Below, piece after piece: positions 26,199 through 37,362 of a DNA stretch of 57,166 bases. The notes beneath the pieces were generated by a model. The model had not been told where the DNA came from and did no database searches. It was given only the letters and a program-made list of their open reading frames with translations. Position 1 is the first letter of the stretch. Each line of letters starts with the position of its first letter. A program made the translations under genes and the position numbers. This DNA is from a virus (taxonomy: Duplodnaviria > Caudoviricetes): the IMG/VR virus record IMGVR_UViG_3300030433_001734, positions 1 to 57,166 of that record. One strand, written 5' to 3'.

Positions 26199-28703
26199 AT
26201 GTCATCATATACATTTCCACAACAGAGGTTAAGCTATGCGGCTAAAAAGAAGAACGATTTTCAATGGGGTAAAGATGTACTAGATACTCTTGAACTATAT
26301 GGAACAGAACAGGCTTCTTCAGCTGGCTTTCAAGGTGCAGAAGCACGTAAGAGAGTAAACTATGATTTATTTAACGGTATATTAAACATTGCAGACTTCG
26401 AATATGTATGCAAGCCTTATGGTATAGAAGGTACAGGAGAGCTTCCTGCAGAGATTAGACATTACGATATTATATCTCCTAAACTACGTGTGTTATTTGG
26501 TGAAGAAATAAAAAGACCATTTAATTATAAAGTAGTAGCTACAAATCCAGAAGCAATTACAGAGCGAGAAAAAGCACAGGCTGATATGTTGCGTGAGTAT
26601 ATGCAACAAAAAGTGCAAGCGCAAATCCAACAAGCAATGATGGAAGCTGGCATTAATCCTCAGGGAGGACCACAAGATGCAGCTGATCCAGAAGCAATGC
26701 AGCAGCAGCAAATGCAAATGCAGCAGATACAACAACAGATGACCCCTCCTCAAATCGAAGAGTACATGAAAAGAGAGTACCAAGATCAAAGAGAAATAAT
26801 GGGTAATCAAATTTTAGGGTATCTGAGAAGAGAACAAAAATTAAGAGAAAAATTTGTTAAAGGGTGGAAGCATGGTCTTATTACATCAGAAGAAATTTAT
26901 TATGTAGGTATTGTTAATGGAGAGCCTATTGTTAATACAGTAAATCCATTATACTTTACACACGATAAAGATCCTGATCTAGATTATATAGAAGACGGCC
27001 AATGGGCAAAATATGCAATGAGAATGACTCCAGGATCTGTAGTAGATACCTTTGGAGAATACTTAACTCAAAAACAAATTAAAGATCTATACTCGGATTC
27101 TGCCGCTTCAGGCACGTCCCACGCACTTGGTTCCAAAGAATTTTCCTATGACGCGGACCAATTATTTTCAGAGTCTTTCCATACAGATTGGGACCCTTCG
27201 AGTACTAGAGACTCCAGCGCACGTGGATACATTAATGTAATACACTGTGAATGGAGATCTCTGAAAAAAATAGGATTCTTAACATTTGTAGATGATGATT
27301 TCTCTGAGCAAGAAACGATAGTTGATGAAACATATACGTTAAATAAAGCAGGAGGAGACATTAAAATTAAATGGGAGTGGATTCCTGAAGTATGGGAAGG
27401 TACAAAAATAGGTGACGATGTATATTGTAATATACGTCCTAAACCAAATCAGCATAAAGATATTGATAATTTATATTCTTGTAAGTTAGGTTATGTAGGA
27501 TCAACTTATAATAATTTAAATGCTTATCCTATATCTTTAATTGATAGAATGAAACCTTACCAGTATCTATACAATATTATGATGTATAGATTAGAATTAG
27601 ATTTAGCATCGGATAAAGGTAAAAAATTCTTAGCCGATATTAATCAGATACCATCGTCAATGGGTATTGATATGGAAAAGTGGTTATATTACTTTGATGC
27701 TTTAGGTATAGCATTTATTAATCCTAAAGAAGAAGGTAAGAGAGGAGAACAAAATCACTTTAATCAATGGCAGTCTATTGACTTATCTATGGCTCAAACA
27801 ATCCAACAAAAAATTGGATTATTAGAATATTTAGAGCAACAATGTAGCGAGGTATCTGGAATAACAAAACAACGAGAAGGCCAGGTTGGACCAAACGAAC
27901 TGGTAGGTAATACTGAACAAGCAGTTGTTCAATCTTCAGCAATTACTGAAGAACTTTTTTACACACATAATTCTATTAAAGGTAGGGTCCTAGAGGCGTT
28001 GTTAGATACAGCTAAGGTTTGTTGGGGTGATGGTAAAACCAAAAAAATCCAATATATCTTAGATGACATGACTACCCATTTGCTTACGGTAGATCCAATC
28101 CAATTACCAGAATCATCTTTTGGAATCTTTGTTTCTGATTCTTCTAAAGACAGAGAGCTTTATTTAACTATGAAACAGTTAGCACATGCAGCTTTACAGA
28201 ATCAAACTGCAGAATTGTCTGATGTTATTAAAATGCTTTCTACTGATTCTACTGCTGAAATTAAAACTTTACTTGAAAAAGCTGAAGATACTAGAAAAGC
28301 TAGAGAAGAACAAATGCAACAAATGGGGCAACAAACTCAACAGCAACAGATCGAAGCTCAGAAAGAAATTGAAGCTCAAAAAGCTCAGCTTAAGAAATAC
28401 GAAATTGATCAAGATAACGAAACTAAAATCGCAGTTGCAGAAATCAATGCATTTAGAGGAAAAGAAGATCAGGATATAAACGGTAATCAAATACCTGATC
28501 AACTTGAAATAGAAAAACTAAAAGCACAGATAGACAACAACGATAGAAAGTTAGATCTTGAGAATCGTAAATTAGACGTCAAAGAAAAAGAAATGGAGAT
28601 GAAAGATCGACAAGCTGATAAAAAAATGAGAGAAGATCGTAAAAATAAAGAAGCAGATAGAAAGTCTAAGGAAAGACAGGCTAAAAAGAAAGATTCTAAA
28701 TAA
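26199..28703 (+). CDS. Portal protein
   Basis: 834 aa directly after TerL; FPQQRL start, WIPEVWEGTKIG, SGITKQREG, Q-rich coiled-coil tail, typical of crAss-like portals. Confidence 0.85.
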   Translation: MSSYTFPQQRLSYAAKKKNDFQWGKDVLDTLELYGTEQASSAGFQGAEARKRVNYDLFNGILNIADFEYVCKPYGIEGTGELPAEIRHYDIISPKLRVLFGEEIKRPFNYKVVATNPEAITEREKAQADMLREYMQQKVQAQIQQAMMEAGINPQGGPQDAADPEAMQQQQMQMQQIQQQMTPPQIEEYMKREYQDQREIMGNQILGYLRREQKLREKFVKGWKHGLITSEEIYYVGIVNGEPIVNTVNPLYFTHDKDPDLDYIEDGQWAKYAMRMTPGSVVDTFGEYLTQKQIKDLYSDSAASGTSHALGSKEFSYDADQLFSESFHTDWDPSSTRDSSARGYINVIHCEWRSLKKIGFLTFVDDDFSEQETIVDETYTLNKAGGDIKIKWEWIPEVWEGTKIGDDVYCNIRPKPNQHKDIDNLYSCKLGYVGSTYNNLNAYPISLIDRMKPYQYLYNIMMYRLELDLASDKGKKFLADINQIPSSMGIDMEKWLYYFDALGIAFINPKEEGKRGEQNHFNQWQSIDLSMAQTIQQKIGLLEYLEQQCSEVSGITKQREGQVGPNELVGNTEQAVVQSSAITEELFYTHNSIKGRVLEALLDTAKVCWGDGKTKKIQYILDDMTTHLLTVDPIQLPESSFGIFVSDSSKDRELYLTMKQLAHAALQNQTAELSDVIKMLSTDSTAEIKTLLEKAEDTRKAREEQMQQMGQQTQQQQIEAQKEIEAQKAQLKKYEIDQDNETKIAVAEINAFRGKEDQDINGNQIPDQLEIEKLKAQIDNNDRKLDLENRKLDVKEKEMEMKDRQADKKMREDRKNKEADRKSKERQAKKKDSK

Positions 28704-31700
28704 TGAGAAAGCATATAAATGCAACTACTGCACAAGCCAGAAATAAAGGTTTAGAGGGTGCCAGTCCTGGTACCTCAGCTTCTCTTATATACACAGATCA
28801 TAAAGGACGTACTCTTGAGGGACGTCAATCTTATCCCGTGCGCGTATACGCAGATGGCGCGTATGTAGGTATTTTAAATCCTGGAGAAACTATAGATACT
28901 TTTGCTGCAAGTCGTATAGACGAAATGCCTGTTTATAAAAAAGGAGGTAAAATAAAAGGATCTGACGGTAAAGCATGCTGGAAAGGATATAGATTTGTTG
29001 GAACTAAAAATGGTAAAGACAGATGTGTTAAAGTAATGCAGGATGGTACTGTTGTAGAACAACCTGATTCTGGTCCAGAAATAGTAGCAAATCCAATTGA
29101 TTATACACAATATGAATATATTCCTTCTTCTCATTTTGAGATACCTACAGGAGAATTTACCTATAATTTTAGGAGATATATGGGAGACGATGAAAACGGA
29201 GATCCTATATTTGTAAACGAAGAAAGAACAGGAACACACGATCCTAATTGGTATTCTCCAGATTTTGATCCATATGAGTATTATAAATCAGGACAATATG
29301 AAGGTATGGATTTTAGAGATACTCCTATACGTGATTATGAGAATAATCCCTATATGAAGAATGAAAAAATGACGCATCCTTTAGTGTGGGATGAAGATAG
29401 GCTTATAAAAGAAAACAGAAAAAGGTTTAATCAGTCAGTAATAAATGATATATGGAATGAAGACGGAACTTTAAAACCTGAGTATGAACAAAGATTAGGA
29501 TCAAAAAGATACCTACGTCCTTTTGGGCCTAACTACGAAGACGCTCCTAATGCACAAACAAGCGAAGGAAGATGGGCGTCAGATTGGTTTGAAGGCACTA
29601 AATCAGGGTGGGGAAAGCCAGGTAGTGATAGCAGTTGGATGTATAATGAAGAAGCAGGAACATGGCATACTTTTGTTCCAAATGTCGGAGGAGAAGAATG
29701 GGACAATGGCGACTTTCAAGATTTAACTGAAAAAGAATTAAAAAAATTATATAAGGTATATAAAGAATACCCAGGATTTGGAGATATATCTAAAAAAGAG
29801 TTTATAGAAAGATATAAATCAGGAGATACATTTCATCCTCAAATTGCTGGTGTTGAGCAAGAAAAAGCCTGGATAAAAACTTTTGAAGATAAAGTACAGC
29901 CTTTTAAACAAGGAGAATTTGATGCACAAAAAGATTTTTTTGATGGTGCTATTAGTTCTGATTTATATAGAGAAAAATTAATTGCACAAGGATATGAAAA
30001 TGTAGACGAGATAATATCACAAAGAGAAGCAGCATTAGCTAATGCTAATATGAAGTATGAAAGTACTGCTGAGAGTTATGCAGATGAATATGTATCTACA
30101 GGAGGAGGAGATCAAAGTGGATATAGAAAAGGACTAGAAGGTGAGTATGATAAGCACACTAATGATATATATTCTATCCTTGACAAAAGGCAAATAATAT
30201 ATGATTTAATTGATCAAGGAAAAATAGATATAAGTAATTTAGGTAAATGGGATGCTCAGCAGATTTTGGGTATGTATAATGATTATACTCCTTTTGGAGA
30301 TGAAGCGCCTCCTACTGAGCATGGTTTTTATACTACGGGAGAGAGAGACGCTCTTTTTTGGTCACAGTGGGCAAATAAAGGAATTAACATGTCTGACTAT
30401 TTAAATAGTAAAATAAATGAAGGAAAAACTGGATCAAGAGCTTATGTAGCTAGCCCAGACGGAAAAACAGTTATATCTCCAAGACAATTACAACAACTTA
30501 ATATAGATTTAGGAGGAGAAGGAACTACTGAAGAACTTCATTCTTTTTTAGATGAGGTTTCTGCACACGAGCTTGGTCATCAAATGGGAGCAGTAAATGC
30601 TTCAGAAAAGGTACCCTACGGTCTTAATAAAAATGATCAAAACACTATCCATAGATTAATGGAAGAAAGTGGAATAAACTTAGATGACCTCAACTGGCAC
30701 GATAGAGCAGCATACGAAAGAAAAGCAGATCTTGATGCATTAAGATGGAAAATGTATAATACTATAGGATATGACTATAGAACAACTCCAATGACAAAGG
30801 AGATTCTTCAAGAGTATAAAAACTATATTAAAGAAAACCCAATTCCTAGTTTAGTAAATGATAGGAATTTTGAATTTTTTAAAGATGATAAATTAATAGA
30901 ATTTAATAATACTGTTGCTGATGCTACTAATGAAATAGGAGGTGATGATCTTATGTTTATGGAGCTTACAGCAAATGCTAGATACGGAGGCCCTGCTAAA
31001 TATCAAAATGCAGGTAACGTAGTATCTGATTCTACAAATGTTCAAATACAAAGTCCATATGATATAGAAATGGATCTTATCAAAAGTAACTTTGAAAAGA
31101 CTTTTTCTAAAGAGGATAGGGATTACATAAATTTTATAAATACTAGAACTCCTTTTAGAGATGAAACTACTACAGGAGATGATCCTGAACTTTTTTATTT
31201 AGATTTATATAATACAGAGTTAACAGCTGAAGAATTATTAGAATATTATTTATGGAAAGATGAGATGGCTTACAGAAGATCTCTTTTAAATAAAACTAAT
31301 ATAGAAGAAGAGTTACATAAACTAGATATGGATTTGGGTGCATATGATGTCCAAGGATGGTGGAAGTCTGGAGACTATGAAAACACTGATACAGATGGGC
31401 ACGGTACTGATAAATGGAAAAAACCAAACCATCCTACATTTAGTAATGAATCTAAATACGCATCAAACTACGAGTTACCTGAAGGAGAAGAAGACACAAG
31501 AAGTAATTATTTAGGAGGAACTTGGAGTGAGACAGGAGCTTATACTCCTTCTATACATAATATGTACACTAACGAAAGACTTCATTGGGAATTTAATAGA
31601 GAACCACATCGCCCTGAGCATTTATATATGGGTAATGATTTAATTTATAATCATCAGCATTTTCCTATAATTTATGATTTTGAAAAAACAAAAACTTTAG

Positions 31701-34456
31701 ATAATTATGAAGATGGAGGAGGAGTAAAAAAACAAGAAGAAATTCCTCAGTATATAGAAGAGCCTCTTACAGCAAAGATGCAAGAAAAACTTGATAAAAT
31801 GTATAGAGATAATCTAGGAGCTCCTCAAGATCTTGAAATTAATACATTTGATACAAGTACAGAAGACGGTATGATAAAATATTTAAAACATACCGAAAAC
31901 AGCATTATGAAAGGATATGACCCTAAAACAGATAGGTGGTATCCTCACGATGATGGAGCAGGATATATGACTATAGGATATGGGCACAATATAAACTCGC
32001 ACAAAAAAGATACAGGATATACTCTTGAAGAATTACAAAAGAATGGACTTAGTTCAGCTGAAGTCGAGGATCTTTTAAAATATGATATGAAAAGAGAATC
32101 AGACTTAATTGCAAAAAATGTACCTGGATGGGAAGATCTAAATACACAACAGAAAAATGCATTACTTGATATTCAATTTAATATTATAGGAAATGTTTGG
32201 ACTGAGTTTCCTTCGTTTACTGAAGCTGTTGTTAATAAAGACTGGAAGAATGTAGTTCTACATGGATCACGTGCAGAGTTTGCTAAAAATCCAGACGGTA
32301 CTTTTAAACCTAATCAAAGGAATACTGCTTTTTATAAAAGTATGGTAGAGCCTATGATGAATGCGTGGAGACCTAAAACTAAAAATCCAAACTATGTAGA
32401 AAAATTAGATTTGAGTCATATAACGAGGATTCCTCCTGCTGTTCGAGATAAAACATATGTAGACATGCCTATTTTTCCTACAATAGAAATAGACAAAATA
32501 GAAGAGTTTGAAGATGGATCTGAAGTAACAGGAGATCCTCCATCATACAATTTACAAGATTACTTTACAAACAATTTAATTGAAACAACAACTCGTTATC
32601 CTAATTTTTCTGATCAAGATATTTACAAATTTTATTTAGAGAATAAAAATCCAGAAGAAGGCTTTAGTGTTTTCTTTCCTGATGTTTCTGTTCTAAACGA
32701 ACCTCTTAACGAGTTGACTCCTGTTCCTTTTTACTCTTCTAATTTTTCTACTGCAATAGATACACCAAATTTTTACAGAGAAACTGGAACTCTATGTGCT
32801 TCAAATGGACAATTAATAGAAGGATGCGCAGGAGGATTACAAATAGCATATGAATATAATACTCCTTTAAGTAAAGATCAAGTAAGAAATGTAAATGGTA
32901 TAAAAGGAAATGCATGGCAAATGCATCAAAACGTAGTAGATGCTGGAGGACAATCTTTGTTTAATTACTCAAATTTATTAGGAATAGACGAAGACTGGAG
33001 ATCAAATAATTATAATATGAGCAGCGATGATTTATTTTATGAATTTAACAAAGCTAGAAACAGTTATAATCCAAATGATCTTTCAGGATTAGAAGGTGCT
33101 TTACAAGTTGGAGATTTAGTTGATATATTATACGATGGATCAAGTTATCAACCAGAAGCAATTCAAGATGGATTTGGTACTAACATAAATTCTCATGTAG
33201 GTAAAATTACTGAGAAAAATGGACAGCTATATGTTACTCATAATATTAAAGGTAAATGGTATTCTGATAAATTAGATAATGTATTACAAAATCAAAGATA
33301 CAGTACGGGAGGAAAAATGATGATTGTTGGAGGATACAGACCTAGATATGAATCAGGTTTAATTGATGGTGTTTCGTATAAAAACAGAATAGAAAATCCA
33401 GTAGACGGATATAATAGTTTAGTATCTATGGATTATCTTAATCATCTTGGTATGACAATGCCTAATATACAAAGCGATTTTGGATTTAGTGATAGTGATA
33501 GTTCATTAGTTGCAAAAGCTAGCTATGGAACATTTGGAAAAGAAAGTACTTTTGCAACAGGAGCAAGATGGGATGCTAAAAATTATTCAAGAGATTTATT
33601 GCGTGGTTACAAAGGATTAAACGATCAAGAAGGATTTACACTATCTCCTTTGCATGCTACTATTTCTTATTTGTTAGATAAAAAATTTACAGATGGTACT
33701 TTAGACATGGATAGTTTAAGTGAAGGAATGACTCAAATAAAATTAGATGAGTTTGTAAAAGACGATCATATAGCATCACTTTTTGCAGCTTATAATATTA
33801 CAGACCCCGATGTTTTATACACAACTGAAGGATCAAGTCGAGCAACTGCATTAGTTCATTCTTTAAATTTAAAATTAATCAATGATTATTTTTCTGGTCA
33901 TGATTTAAGCGATCAAGTAAAAATGAATATGATGCACATGGCTTTTAACAAAGGAATAGATAATGTTTTAAGAGATTTTGTAGATGATGAAAATATAGTA
34001 ACTCCAGCTAGTTTCCAAAAAGGACATGACCTTTATAAAAATATACATACAAATGAAGAGTCATATTCATATACTCCTAATAAAATAAGCGGCTATATTG
34101 ACTATGATCATTCAAAAATGAAAGCTAATTCTAATCGTGTGGCTAATTATGATGTTGAATCTTTATCAGGATTTGAACAAGGATACATGGATTTAATGGA
34201 AGAGTATGAAAAAAAGAAAGAAGCATTTAATCAAAGCATTAACGAAAATAAAAGAGAGTTTAATACAAGCCAAAGAAAGATAATGAATAAGGTAGATAAA
34301 CTTATAAAGAAAGCAAATAAAACAAAAGACATAAAGTATATTAATAAAGCAAAACAAAAATTAGAGAATTTTGCTTCTGATATAAATGATGATTTAAACA
34401 AAGAAACTAAAACAGTAAAGAGAGGACTAAAAAAGATTAAATCTTTATTTAGATAA
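28703..34456 (+). CDS. Large virion cargo protein with several putative hydrolase domains
   Basis: HELGH zincin motif, lysozyme-like E...D...TIGYGH, Cys/His (GCAGG..GNAW..GDLV..SHVG) domain, SLT-like ES..GMTQ..AFNKG. Confidence 0.65.
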   Translation: MRKHINATTAQARNKGLEGASPGTSASLIYTDHKGRTLEGRQSYPVRVYADGAYVGILNPGETIDTFAASRIDEMPVYKKGGKIKGSDGKACWKGYRFVGTKNGKDRCVKVMQDGTVVEQPDSGPEIVANPIDYTQYEYIPSSHFEIPTGEFTYNFRRYMGDDENGDPIFVNEERTGTHDPNWYSPDFDPYEYYKSGQYEGMDFRDTPIRDYENNPYMKNEKMTHPLVWDEDRLIKENRKRFNQSVINDIWNEDGTLKPEYEQRLGSKRYLRPFGPNYEDAPNAQTSEGRWASDWFEGTKSGWGKPGSDSSWMYNEEAGTWHTFVPNVGGEEWDNGDFQDLTEKELKKLYKVYKEYPGFGDISKKEFIERYKSGDTFHPQIAGVEQEKAWIKTFEDKVQPFKQGEFDAQKDFFDGAISSDLYREKLIAQGYENVDEIISQREAALANANMKYESTAESYADEYVSTGGGDQSGYRKGLEGEYDKHTNDIYSILDKRQIIYDLIDQGKIDISNLGKWDAQQILGMYNDYTPFGDEAPPTEHGFYTTGERDALFWSQWANKGINMSDYLNSKINEGKTGSRAYVASPDGKTVISPRQLQQLNIDLGGEGTTEELHSFLDEVSAHELGHQMGAVNASEKVPYGLNKNDQNTIHRLMEESGINLDDLNWHDRAAYERKADLDALRWKMYNTIGYDYRTTPMTKEILQEYKNYIKENPIPSLVNDRNFEFFKDDKLIEFNNTVADATNEIGGDDLMFMELTANARYGGPAKYQNAGNVVSDSTNVQIQSPYDIEMDLIKSNFEKTFSKEDRDYINFINTRTPFRDETTTGDDPELFYLDLYNTELTAEELLEYYLWKDEMAYRRSLLNKTNIEEELHKLDMDLGAYDVQGWWKSGDYENTDTDGHGTDKWKKPNHPTFSNESKYASNYELPEGEEDTRSNYLGGTWSETGAYTPSIHNMYTNERLHWEFNREPHRPEHLYMGNDLIYNHQHFPIIYDFEKTKTLDNYEDGGGVKKQEEIPQYIEEPLTAKMQEKLDKMYRDNLGAPQDLEINTFDTSTEDGMIKYLKHTENSIMKGYDPKTDRWYPHDDGAGYMTIGYGHNINSHKKDTGYTLEELQKNGLSSAEVEDLLKYDMKRESDLIAKNVPGWEDLNTQQKNALLDIQFNIIGNVWTEFPSFTEAVVNKDWKNVVLHGSRAEFAKNPDGTFKPNQRNTAFYKSMVEPMMNAWRPKTKNPNYVEKLDLSHITRIPPAVRDKTYVDMPIFPTIEIDKIEEFEDGSEVTGDPPSYNLQDYFTNNLIETTTRYPNFSDQDIYKFYLENKNPEEGFSVFFPDVSVLNEPLNELTPVPFYSSNFSTAIDTPNFYRETGTLCASNGQLIEGCAGGLQIAYEYNTPLSKDQVRNVNGIKGNAWQMHQNVVDAGGQSLFNYSNLLGIDEDWRSNNYNMSSDDLFYEFNKARNSYNPNDLSGLEGALQVGDLVDILYDGSSYQPEAIQDGFGTNINSHVGKITEKNGQLYVTHNIKGKWYSDKLDNVLQNQRYSTGGKMMIVGGYRPRYESGLIDGVSYKNRIENPVDGYNSLVSMDYLNHLGMTMPNIQSDFGFSDSDSSLVAKASYGTFGKESTFATGARWDAKNYSRDLLRGYKGLNDQEGFTLSPLHATISYLLDKKFTDGTLDMDSLSEGMTQIKLDEFVKDDHIASLFAAYNITDPDVLYTTEGSSRATALVHSLNLKLINDYFSGHDLSDQVKMNMMHMAFNKGIDNVLRDFVDDENIVTPASFQKGHDLYKNIHTNEESYSYTPNKISGYIDYDHSKMKANSNRVANYDVESLSGFEQGYMDLMEEYEKKKEAFNQSINENKREFNTSQRKIMNKVDKLIKKANKTKDIKYINKAKQKLENFASDINDDLNKETKTVKRGLKKIKSLFR

Positions 34457-34567
34457 TAAAGATAAGATATATCATAAAAATGTTGTATCTTTAAACTTTG
34501 GCTATAATAATGCCAATAAACTTAAAAATCATAACAAGATTTGTTATGAAATTAGTATAAATTTAAT

Positions 34568-34575
34568 TATATTTG
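34568..34575 (+). promoter_or_regulatory. Bacteroidota -7 promoter element (TATATTTG)
   Basis: 14 nt upstream of the ATG at 34590. Confidence 0.6.
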
Positions 34576-34589
34576 TAAATAGATAAATT

Positions 34590-35882
34590 ATGACAAACGA
34601 GAATCAAACTTTAGATGAAAAACCAATCACTGAAGGAAACGATTCAGTTAGTGCCGTAAATGACATTTGGGACATAGACGAAACTAACTTTGATGATGCG
34701 TTTAATTTAGAAACAAATGCAGATCCTGTTCTAGGTATTGATCTAGGAGAGGAAAAGAAAGAAGAAGTAAAAGCTGAAGAAAAGGCAGAAATGCCTGAAC
34801 CTTTGGACGATACAGAAACTGATGGCCCTAAGGAGGAGGCTCCTAAGGAAGAAACTGAAACTCCAGTTGACGAAAAAGCAGTAGATGCTCTTCTTGACGG
34901 AGATTTAGATTCAGAAGAAAAGTCATCTGATGATGAGGTTGATACGACTGAAGATTCTAAAAAGGCAGACGAAAGTTCAGAAACTAGCGAAGAGGATTTA
35001 AACGAATTCGCAATCTTTGCGCAAATGTTGGCCGATAAAGAACTTCTAGACCTTAATGAGGAAGATTTCGAACCTACTGAAAAAGGATTGCTGGATGCTT
35101 TTGCAGACACAATTGAAAACAGAGTTAAAGAAGAGATTGAATCTTTTCAGAAAACTCTACCTAAAGAAGGTAAAGAACTTCTAACTCATCTTATGAAGGG
35201 AGGCAAGGTATCTAATTTCATGGAAGTGTATAGTACTCCTAATTTTGGCGATCTTAACATTAAAGGTAACAATATTGGAAATCAAAAAGCTGTGCTTGCA
35301 GAGTTTTTTAAATTGAGAGGAGACTCTCAAGAAGATATTGCTGAGATGTTAGAAGATTACGAAAACTTAGGAAAGTTAGAAAAGCAAGCTGCAAAAGCTC
35401 AAGCTAGACTTACTCAATACTACGAGCACCAAAAACAACAATTAATTGTTAAACAGGAGCAAGCAGAAAAAGAAAGAATAGCAAAGAGACAAGAAGTGCA
35501 GAATAACATTCAAACTACTATATCAGAATCCGATGAAATAAAAGGATTTCCTCTTAGTCGAAAGTCTAAGAAAAAGCTGATGAGCTACATGACTGAAGCA
35601 AATGTAAAAATAGAGACTCCAGATGGACCTCAATTTGTAACACAGTTTCAGGCAGATGAAATGAAATCTTCTAGTAACATTGAAGACTTTATTCTAAAAG
35701 CTTATCTGAGAATGACTAACTATAGTTTAGATGGAGTTCAAAAGAAATCTAAATCAAAGCTAGCATCTCAGCTTCGAACGACTTTACAGAATAAGAAGCG
35801 TATGACCGATACGAAAGCAACTTTCGGTGGTAACAAAACCCCAGGCGGTGCCACAAAATCATCAACAGCTTGGGATATTTAG
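34590..35882 (+). CDS. Acidic protein, probable capsid scaffold
   Basis: Very acidic N-half, coiled-coil C-half, immediately upstream of MCP. Confidence 0.6.
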   Translation: MTNENQTLDEKPITEGNDSVSAVNDIWDIDETNFDDAFNLETNADPVLGIDLGEEKKEEVKAEEKAEMPEPLDDTETDGPKEEAPKEETETPVDEKAVDALLDGDLDSEEKSSDDEVDTTEDSKKADESSETSEEDLNEFAIFAQMLADKELLDLNEEDFEPTEKGLLDAFADTIENRVKEEIESFQKTLPKEGKELLTHLMKGGKVSNFMEVYSTPNFGDLNIKGNNIGNQKAVLAEFFKLRGDSQEDIAEMLEDYENLGKLEKQAAKAQARLTQYYEHQKQQLIVKQEQAEKERIAKRQEVQNNIQTTISESDEIKGFPLSRKSKKKLMSYMTEANVKIETPDGPQFVTQFQADEMKSSSNIEDFILKAYLRMTNYSLDGVQKKSKSKLASQLRTTLQNKKRMTDTKATFGGNKTPGGATKSSTAWDI

Positions 35883-35903
35883 TAACTTTTAAAAATTGTT
35901 AAA

Positions 35904-37331
35904 ATGATTAAACAATCAAAATTGACAGTTCTTACTCGTCCATGGCACGCGAACTTTACTGAAACTAATCACTTAGGATCAGCGTTTTTAACTGAACCTC
36001 ATAAGTTTGATAAAGTTTTAACGAGAGTTTTTACAGCTTCTCGTATCGCAGATAACCCATTAACAGCCATGACTAAAGGAATGGGAAGAACTTCAGAAAT
36101 CGAGGGATTCGATTGGGAATGGGAGCTAATGGGAGCTTCAAATCGTCCATTAATTGCAATTGCTAATTCAGGCGCTGCTGCAGGAACTGCTGTAGGTGCT
36201 AATGGATTACCTTTTTCAATTACTGTAGACGAAGACTGGTTTAAGCCAGGTGATGTAGTAACACCTAATACAGGTGCTAACAATGCGAAAAGATTAATTC
36301 GTATTCAAAGCGGTCCTGTAGCTACAGGTGGAGGTTACAAGTACACATGTAAGTTAGTAACTGACGATGCTGCTGCTTCTGTAGTAGTTGATGCAGGTAC
36401 TCAACTAAGCAAAATGTTCTCAGTGTATGAGGAAGGTGGTGATCAAAGTGGATCTACTACTTACGCAATGCCAATGAAATTAAAGTCTCAACTTTCTACT
36501 TACAGAAAAGAGTACTCTATCACTGGTGATGCTGCTAATCAGGCACTAGTTGTTGCATTGATGGATGCTGAAGGTAAAGTATACAAAGACTATAAATGGT
36601 TAAAGTATGCTGAGGCTGAGTATTGGATTCAGTGGCACAAAGAAAAAGAAAGAGGATTATGGTACGGACAAATGTCTAATAACGTTGCAGGTTCTAATGG
36701 TAGAGCTGCAAGAACTGGACCTGGTGTTCAGGAGTTATTAAAAGACTCACACGTGCACGTATATAATACTCTTACTGAAAAATTAATCAGAGAGTATTTA
36801 CTAGACATCTTCTTCGGAAGAGTTGATATGGGTAGCAGAGATATTGTTGCTTATACTGGTGAATATGGTATGTTAGCATTCCACCAAGCAATGTCTAATG
36901 CTTCTGCTCCTTTCTTAACTATGGACTCTAAGTTCATCTCAGGAGAAGGACAAAACTTAGCATTCGGTGGTCAGTTTGTTAAATATATCGGACCTAACGG
37001 AATTACTCTTACTCTAAGACATAACCCAGTTTATGATGATAGAGAAATTAATACACAAATGCACCCTAACAAACAAGTACCATTAGAGTCAATGAGATTT
37101 ACTTTCCTTGATTTCGGTACTAAAGGTGGCGATGCAAACATCAAGTATGTACATAAGAAAGGTGGTTATAAATTAGGTTATGTATCTGGTTTACAAACTC
37201 CTTACGGTGCAAACAAAGGTGGATTAATGAGTAATGCTAAAGACGCTTATACTATGATTGTACATGATCAGTGTGGTATCCAGATTGATGACGTTACAAG
37301 ATGTGGTGAGCTTATCTTAGGTTTACAATAA
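35904..37331 (+). CDS. Major capsid protein
   Basis: 475 aa; FTETNHL start, GPGVQE, YTGEYG, GPNGI motifs and gene order of crAss-like MCPs. Confidence 0.85.
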   Translation: MIKQSKLTVLTRPWHANFTETNHLGSAFLTEPHKFDKVLTRVFTASRIADNPLTAMTKGMGRTSEIEGFDWEWELMGASNRPLIAIANSGAAAGTAVGANGLPFSITVDEDWFKPGDVVTPNTGANNAKRLIRIQSGPVATGGGYKYTCKLVTDDAAASVVVDAGTQLSKMFSVYEEGGDQSGSTTYAMPMKLKSQLSTYRKEYSITGDAANQALVVALMDAEGKVYKDYKWLKYAEAEYWIQWHKEKERGLWYGQMSNNVAGSNGRAARTGPGVQELLKDSHVHVYNTLTEKLIREYLLDIFFGRVDMGSRDIVAYTGEYGMLAFHQAMSNASAPFLTMDSKFISGEGQNLAFGGQFVKYIGPNGITLTLRHNPVYDDREINTQMHPNKQVPLESMRFTFLDFGTKGGDANIKYVHKKGGYKLGYVSGLQTPYGANKGGLMSNAKDAYTMIVHDQCGIQIDDVTRCGELILGLQ

Positions 37332-37362
37332 TAATTAACATTACATAACTAAAATTTAAATT

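Noticed and set aside
26580-26760. Poly-Gln/Met stretch in the portal
   Set aside because: Low-complexity linker common in podovirus portals
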